Assembly: GCF_009914755.1 (NCBI RefSeq)
Contig: NC_060925.1
Length of the DNA stretch: 64,000 nucleotides
From: the human T2T-CHM13v2.0 reference genome, Homo sapiens
Strand: one strand, 5' to 3'
The notes under the pieces are model-generated. The model made no database searches, had not been told where the DNA came from, and was given only the letters and a program-made list of their open reading frames with translations. Numbering within the stretch: the stretch's first letter is position 1; each line of letters starts with the position of its first letter. The translations under genes and the position numbers were made by a program. Of this stretch, positions 56,342-64,000 are shown one piece after another.

Positions 56342-57969
56342 TACACACATCGTAAGTACCCAGCTCAAAGGACTTGCAATTACTGGACACACCCATGGGA
56401 GGAGCACCAGGCCAGGTGCCACCCCAGCATCCCTCCTGTGCCCTTCTGTATTTCTTAGTTACTGTCTTCATTTTGGTGACAAATACAGTTACTGTCTTCG
56501 CTTTGGTGCCCCCTGGTGACAGAACTTAAAGGGTTTGAGCCCTGCAATTCAGTTGGGAGGTAGAGGGAACACCTGGGGGGCATGGGAAGGCCAGACAGGG
56601 AAACGAAGCCATCTAATAAAGGCTGTTATGAATGTGGTCCCCACTGTGGGTGACTGGAGGTTAATCAGATGGGAAAACCCAGGAGCCAGTGCCAGGCACG
56701 AGCGCCACAGTCACCCCACCAGAACTGCCATTCTGAGGTTCTGGGGTATGAACATAGCAACTGCCCTTAGTCATGGGTTGAGTACTCTTCTCAGGGGAGG
56801 GGCATTAACTCCAAGGCAGTTAAGTCCTGCCACCAGGGCATCAGAGTGGAATCTGGTGACCAGAGAAAGCCTCCACGCAAAGAACGCAGAGGCTGGTCCT
56901 GGACTGAAGTAGTGAAGACAAGACTTGACACAGCGATGAGCTTATCTGATGGTGGCTCCCTCCTCCTCTCCACCCCCTGCTCCTTAATCATCCTTCATCC
57001 GGGCTGCACTTTGACTTACTGTAATGTTCAAATCAGAAGGACCCTTAAACAGCAACGGGCTCAATGGCTTTATTTTACACACTGAGGAAACTGAGGCCTG
57101 AAGTAGGGAGATCACTCAGCCAGCTGTGAAAGAGCCCAGCCCAGGCCCCTGCTTGGGTGTGGCTCCTCCTCTTTCCTCACTGGGGTGATGTCTGACCTTG
57201 CCTGTGAATTCTCTGTCAGATGCATTGACGGAGAACAGAGTCGGCAAGCATGGAGCTGCTGCCTTTGAAAAGCTGGAAGATAATTTGCCCTGGCGCTGTC
57301 TTTTTTTTTCAGAACCCTCCCTTCACTCCTACCCCACAACACACGCACACTTAAAAGCCACATTTGTTGAGCCAAAGTGACTGTCAGTTTCACTCCAATA
57401 GAAATGTGTGTGATCTCTCGCCCATGTGAACATAGTGTGCTATTGATGTAATTACATCCAGTTAAAGTCCCATCGAGAGAATATATTACAGGAGAAAAGA
57501 GTTTGATGTGGGAGAATTCGAGTCTCCACATATGTACTTTGACTCCTCCTACGCTTACTTCTTTTAAAATGAGAAAGAGGACTTTGCCTTTAAAGGTCAC
57601 TCTCCCTTCAAAATATTCTGGAGAAGAGTCAAGTAAGCACATGCTGAACGTGTGAAAGGTTAGTGTTTTATCACGATCTAATCCTGTCCTCTGTCTTTCT
57701 CCACTGCTGCAAAGATAGCACCTCCTGCGCAAGGGACTTGCCTCTGAACAAGGGACTTACCTCTTGCTCAAAGGACTGCCCCTGCAATGCATCATCAGCA
57801 AATTTTCTTTGCAACTTGAGTTTGTCCTTTTCCTCTCCTTGGAGAGATTAGATGCAGCTACTGGGCCAAGAGACACGAGCCCAGACAGCGGAGAGATTCC
57901 ATTTCAGAAGCCTCAGCACCAACCATGTACTATGAGTAAGTGGCCATCTCCTGAAGGCTGACTGTCGTG

Positions 57970-58337
57970 TCTGCCCAGCGCTGTCCTGGAGACTTTTGAA
58001 AAAAGTTCACTATTTCGAACCCACAGCTCCACCCTGCAGAGGGGAGGTTTCCTGATGCTCCCACCATCATTTCCTGCCTAGATTATTGGCGAAGTTGCCC
58101 AACTGGTCTCCCTGATTCCACAGCTTGGTCTGCCTGTAAATTGCACCCTACTCCTGCCTATGGACCAGGGAAACTGGGTTGTTCTTGCTCTCAGAGTGGA
58201 TTGGGGTCACTGAGCCAGCAGGATGGGTGCAGAGAGGGTGCAGAGCCCCTTCCTATTCTCTAATTTGGGGGGTTAGGGGGAAGAGGCACAGAATTGTCAT
58301 GGTCCAGCAGCCTATTGCTGGGAGGAAGGGTTGCGTG
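57970..58337 (+). repeat. Local direct duplication, copy A
   Basis: Aligns by eye to 60467-60808 at roughly 90% identity plus two ~15-bp indels. Confidence 0.95.
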
Positions 58338-60466
58338 TGCTCGTTGAGATCACTCATGGCTGGCAGTGGTTCTAAGGGTCCCAAGGGGAGAGTGATGTAG
58401 GAGGATCCACTGATCATAGTCAAAGAAAATTTCATCTTTGGGTCATGCTTGGTGCTTGGGCCAAGAGTCACTGAACACCGGCTCACCCACCAGATGTGTC
58501 AATCCCTCTTGACATCATGTGATTCCCTGAATAACTGTGAGAGTCACCATTTGTTGAGTATCTTTTTCACCTGTTCAACAAATACCTGTGAGTGGGCACT
58601 GGGGCTACAGCAGGGAACCCTACAGAGCTGTTAAATGACAGAGATGGACCATCGAGACTCCCAGCTATGTCAACACGTCCTTGAGGCCTCCACCGCCCTG
58701 CAGGAGCTTCGCATTCACACTCTGTCCTCTCCTGCAATCAGTTTCAGGCTCTCTTTTCTCCCCCCAATCATCCATTGGCACTTGGTCTTTTCATATCCTT
58801 GGAGCTGGGGCTGGGGGTGGCAGGGGAGGGAAAGAAGTAGGCAGGTGGAGGAGGTGTCACAGAGCCAAGTGAGGATCCTCTTTCTTCCACTAAGAAATGA
58901 GCAGTTTTACGCATATTAATTTAAGCACGGTCCATAACTAAAGAAGAAAAATAAGCCAGTTGGATTCGTTTTCTCGGTCAGCTTCTCAAGCCTGGTATTA
59001 ATCTATTCATCAGCTGAGCTCATCAGAAGCAAACACGTTTCTTCAGGAGTTTTCTAACAGGAAATAAATGCCTCATTAAGTTAAACATTAACCTGAGAAC
59101 AGGACCGATGTCAGACAGACTAATGAACGTCATTATAGGGAATGCACCGCGGTCCTCAGAGGAGCTCCACCCAGCGTCGGGGGCTCCCACAGATTGGCTC
59201 AGCTACTGCAGGATGTGGGATCATCAGAGGAGGGAGGGAGACAGAAAAGGGGCTGTTGCTGGAGCCATGATCATGGTCAGCCCTGTGAGTGGTGCCCTGA
59301 TTAATTCTGGCATCTTCGAATGCCTGCGAAGGGCATGTGGCCAAAGGAGGAGCCCTGTGTGCCTCACTGTTGGGTCCAAGGGGGTTGGGAGGAAGCTGAG
59401 TGCAGCCTCTGAAACAGGAGGGAGGGCAGGAAGGCCGAGTTGGGCATCAGAACCCCGAGTTCTGGTTCCAGGCCTTCTCCACCCAGTGCAGGAGGCTCAG
59501 TTCCAGTCCCTCTCCAGCAGGCTGAGCTCTGCGCTGAGCACTTCCACAAGCATCGAGCTCAGCTACCGTCGCAGAAACCCAGGCAGACAGGGGTTTATGG
59601 CCCAGGGTTGTAGACGAGGAAACTGAGGCTCAGAGGAGTTAAGTGACTTGCCAGAGACCACCCTGCCTGTGGGTGTGAGAGAGACAGGCCCAGGCTGGCC
59701 TACCCCGGTCCAGGTTTCCCCAACAGCCCCCGCCGCGTGCTTCCTGGAGTTCTGTCTTCCACTCCCTCCCAAACCCTCCTCCAGGTCTCTGGAGTGTCTT
59801 CATGGGGTCTGTGTGGGGAGTGGCTCTCTCTGCCACCACACAAGAGCCAGGGTGTAGACCCTGCAAGGCTGAGGAGCCAGAGGAACCCTGACTTACATAT
59901 GGCTCAGGGAGTCCCAGCCGTCATAGAGTAGAATCTCTGCTCTACGTCTCGGTTTTCTCATCAACAAAGTGGGGCTGAGTCTCACCACCCCACAGGCTTG
60001 CTGTGAGGATCAAATGAGCCAACGAAGGCATAGTTCTCCACACAAAGCAGGCTCCCAGGACATGCTGGTCCCTCTCACTCTGCACTGTCTTCCTGGTCCA
60101 TCTTCTGGGTTTGGTCCTTGGTGAAGAGCCAGGCTAGTGGAATGTGGAGGAGCACAGTGGTCCTTCTCAAAGTCCAGCCTCAAGTCCCACAGTGCATACA
60201 CATTCCCTGAGACTCTGCAACTACCTGGTTTCTATGCAGAGATGATTATGACATGGTCTTCCACATCAGCAAGTTCATAGCCAAGTCAAGGAGAGGACCC
60301 CAGGGCACTGGAGAGAGTCCAGTCCCCAAAGCGGGGACAGAGAAGAGTGAGAAGGGCCTGGAGACAGAGGCAGAGCCACTGGGGTTGGCACAGAGTGAGC
60401 ATGGAAGAGGTGCCTTCTAGGTGTGAGGGGCCAGCCAGCCTCCCCCGGGACAGAAGTAAATAGAGT

Positions 60467-60808
60467 TCTGCCAGGCGCTGTCCTGGAGACTTTTGAAAAA
60501 AATTCACTTTTTCTAACCCACAGCTCCACCCTGCAGAGGGGAGGTTTCCTGACACGTCCACCATCATTTCCTGCCTAGATTATTGGCAAAGTTGCACAAA
60601 TGGTCTCCCTGATTCCACAGCTGGGTCTGCCACTCCTTTCTGTAGACACAAGGAAACTGGGCTGTTCTTGCTCTCAGAGTGGATTGTGGTCGCTGAGCCA
60701 GCAGGATGGATGCAGAGAAGGTGCAGAGACCCCTCCTTATTCTCTAATTTGGGGGGTTAAGGGGAACCATGGTCCAGCAGCCTATTGCTGGGAGGAAGCA
60801 TTGCATGT
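60467..60808 (+). repeat. Local direct duplication, copy B
   Basis: Shares e.g. gcgctgtcctggagacttttgaaaaaa, aacccacagctccaccctgcagaggggaggtttcctga and catggtccagcagcctattgctgggaggaag with copy A. Confidence 0.95.
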
Positions 60809-61795
60809 AATATAAAGGGCCAGGCCAGCTAGAGGCCTAGTCCAAGGTTGAGAAGTAAGAGGGGGAGAAAAGTATAAATTCATATTTACAGCCATCCAAA
60901 ATCCCAGACTACCCTCTGCATCTTCCTCAGCAGATCTAAGGGAATGCACATATGCCAGGCAGGCAGATGGGCAATCAAGTGGATGAGCTCATTCTATTTA
61001 AAAAGAAAACAGGGGTGGTTATTATTAGTCCTATGTGTCAGGTAAGGAAACTGAGGCTCAGAGCTGCCAAGGTCGCCGAGTTCATAAGAGCTGGGATTCA
61101 CTCCCTGGTCTGTTGGACCCCAGGGGCCATGATTTCCCCACTGGCCATGGTACCTCTCATGTCAGCAGGCCCTGCTGGACAGTATTTGTTTTCCCTGAAA
61201 AGCATAAGCATCTGGAAAATGTCTACTGCTGGCCCTTTTCCCTCCTTGATGTGGGGAGGCATGAAAACCCATGACCTATTCCCAGCCTTGAGTGCGGAGA
61301 GGCAGGCCCCGGCATCGTGTGTTAGCACTAGCCAGAGGGGCGCAGCACAGCCTTGCGGGGACTCCTGTGATTCAGAGCTGGTGTTCCCGCCTCACAGGGT
61401 GAGCCCAGATGCTCATTTCTGGGCATAGCTTCCCTTCACTGTGAGCACCTGCTCCTTCATAAGGTGGGCGCTGAGCATTCTGGCTGAGTACGGAGGCTGC
61501 AACTTCATTGCAGGTTGGAGCACTTGATGTATTGAATGGTGCAATGTTGTGTTTAATTTCACTGCAATTATTTCGGCAATTATGTGTTGAGCACCATTCT
61601 CCCCTGTAAGTTCTTCCTTGGAGAACTGGATCCAGCTTTGTGAGACAATGTAAAAAGAGACAAAAAACTCAAGCTTGGTTAGGGGAGCCAGCTTCGTGAA
61701 GGATGTGTGATGAATAATGCTGAAAACAATGGGGCTGTCGAAACTGGAGAAGGCAAAACCCTATAGAGATGAGCTAGGAGAGTTGTCTTCAAATA

Positions 61796-62298
61796 CAGTA
61801 GCCCCCTTATCTGTGGAGGATAGGTTCTAAGATCCCCAGTGGATGCCTGAAGCCCCAGGTAATACTGAACCCTATATATACTGTTGTTGTTTTTTTTCCC
61901 TTAAGTCAAGAACTTTCACGTTTTCCCTTAAAGGAAGCACTTTACAGCTTCTTTTTGTCTTATCTGAATGGTCAGCATCACTACTCTTATGCCTTGTGGA
62001 CATTATTAAGTAAAATAAGGGTGGCTTGAACACAAGCCCTGCCGTCTCGATACAGTGACCGTTGATCTGACAACCTAGCCAACTACCCAGTGACTATGGG
62101 GTGAGTAGCCTATACAGTGTGAATATGCCTGAGGGAGGGTTCACCTCCCGGGTGGGACAGAGCTGCACAGCACAAGATGACATCATGCTACTGAGAGCGG
62201 TATGCAATTTAAAACTTAAACACTGTTTATTGCTGGAATTTTCCATTTAATATTTTGGGACTGCAGTTAACTGCAGGTAGCTGAATCTGTGCTATAAG
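61796..62298 (+). mobile_element. MER44B-like (Tigger7-derived) DNA transposon
   Basis: TA then cagtagcccccttatctgtggaggatagg...ccccagtggatgcctgaa. Internal ttaaaggaagcactttacagcttc. Near the 3' end, ggaattttccatttaatatttt. Confidence 0.85.
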
Positions 62299-64000
62299 AC
62301 ATTGAACCCTTGCCCCTCTTCAGCACTCAGAACCTTTGGAAATTACCCCAATTTTTCAGATGTCCCAGAATTAAAGGAACATCCCTCCTTGCCCTTGGTC
62401 CTCCTCCCCACCTCCCAGCCGTCTCCGGATCTCTGTAAATGGTCTCTGCTGGATTAGAATCGTGGTCTTGAGGCATTTCTGGTTCTCTTGCTCTCCGCTG
62501 CCCTGCACATGTGAAGAGCCCAAAGCCCAAACCATGGGGGCTGCGGGAGCCAGAGGCTGTTTCCCGACTATTTATGAGGTTTGAGGAACAGAGGCCCCTT
62601 TCTGGTGGGGGTGGACTGAAAGGGGCTTCTCAGTGCCCTGCATGAGGCTGAGTTGCCCGCTGATGAGGCTCCTTTGATCATTCTCTCTGGACTTGGAAAT
62701 GAAGCTTAACTTCAGCCACTGGGAAAAAATAAAATAGCAAGAAGCATAAAGCCCCTGTGTAAATTCCACCCCAGCCCTCCCAAAACGGCCAGTCAGTTTT
62801 CACAGTAATTAGTCCAGAGGGTCTTAGTCAAAGACCCCTCCTTTAGCAACTGGCCACTTTTCACTTGTGAATAGATTTAATTTCCAGACTCTTGAGTGTT
62901 TTCTCGGAATTGACCTTCCCATGAAAAATATGCTTTGGAGACGTGAAATAACCAACAGAGAGCCTTAAATGAATTGCACTTCATCAAGCGGAAATAAACA
63001 ATGCGCTTGAAATAGGCGCTACATGGGAAATGGAGGGCTGGGAGCTTCCCTGCGGACCAGGAGGGCGAGGTAAGGGACGCCACGCGGCTGAGCTTGTTCT
63101 TTCTACAGTGCCTTGGTTCACCAGGGAAATGTTACAAGCTAGATTATGTCTTCTGCTATGTGATGTGACATTTCCTGCTCTGTCCCTACCTTGGTTCTGT
63201 CTGAGTCATTCTCTTTCCCCCTGGGGAGTGATGGCTTTGCCTGGGAAGGGAGGTAGGGAGGGGCCCCACCCTCTGCCTCCTCCCTCCTGGGCCCCATCTG
63301 CTGAGGAATGAGCTCCAGAGGAGACATGGGGCAAAAGGGGGCCCAGGGATCCCAATTCCCCCTACCCAAACAAAATGTGTCAGGGTAGAGATAGATCACC
63401 AGAGACGAGAGAACTGAGAGGAAGCCCCTGCCCACCCATTCCTCGCACAAGGGGTCTGAGGAGGGGGCTCTGTTTCTCTAGATGCTCAGTTGCCAAGTGT
63501 TTGCCAAGGGCCAGCCTGTGCCCAGCTCTGAGCCAGGGCTGCAGATTTATGAAGAGCCAGAGCTCAGGAGACAAGGTTGGGGCACCCACAGCATCTGCTG
63601 CAATCTCTAGGAACATGGTTATGGACGGAGCATAACCATGGGCAGTGGGGGAGCCTCCACCCTTCAGCACCTCCTGCCTGGTGGCCAAGCCCCTCCTAGG
63701 TCTATAGCACACCCCACCATCTCCGCCTCTGAGCCCCAGGGCTGTTATTTCCTTAATGTGCCTGCTTTAATTATTATCTTCAAGGAGAGACTCAATCCGG
63801 AGATAAACACAAAAGACCTGCTGCTGACAGTGGAAGGCTCCTGCCTCCCTGGATGCAAACGGAGGGCCCGCTGCAGCCCAAGCATAACTTGGGCCTTAGA
63901 ACCAGCAAACTCAGCTAAGTGCTGATACAGTGCAGTCCCGTGGAGACAAAAGTGTCCTCACACTGCTGCCAGGCCCTGCGTGTAGCTCTGGCACCCCCAT

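Noticed and set aside
57112-57732. 206-aa minus-strand ORF
   Set aside because: No recognisable domain or convincing splice/Kozak context. It overlaps a motif-rich non-coding-like island, and one ORF of this size is plausible by chance in 64 kb x 6 frames.
57970-60808. Possible two-LTR element (direct repeats around 2.1 kb)
   Set aside because: No TG/CA termini, PBS, PPT, TSD or retroviral coding relic. The interior contains MIR and unique sequence. Kept only as a local duplication.
62261-62276. Perfect 16-bp palindrome ctgcagttaactgcag
   Set aside because: Lies in the MER44-like subterminal region and is explained by CpG decay of the element's own near-palindrome.

Overview
Primate genomic DNA, probably human: it carries AluJ/AluS elements, THE1, MER39 and HERV-L/MLT2A1. 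I see no host protein-coding exon, RNA gene, CpG island or CRISPR array, and the window reads as intergenic or deep intronic. The dominant feature is a decayed two-LTR HERV-L provirus (1434-7269). It has recognisable gag, protease, RT, RNase H and truncated integrase remnants, plus an apparent in-frame deletion removing the rest of integrase and the dUTPase. The remainder is GC-rich sequence dense in MIR/L2 relics. It is interrupted by an AT-rich ~10 kb block of stacked minus-strand L1 fragments with nested Alus and LTRs (20.3-30.6 kb), several solo LTRs with intact target-site duplications, DNA-transposon relics, and two CA-rich tracts (one ~1.07 kb). Non-repeat observations are a ~350 bp local direct duplication (57970-58337 / 60467-60808) and several AT-rich, homeobox-motif-dense islands that look like developmental enhancers. 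I found no convincing novel biological system. The best leads are regulatory hypotheses. Repeat subfamily names come from remembered consensus sequences and need RepeatMasker/Dfam confirmation.
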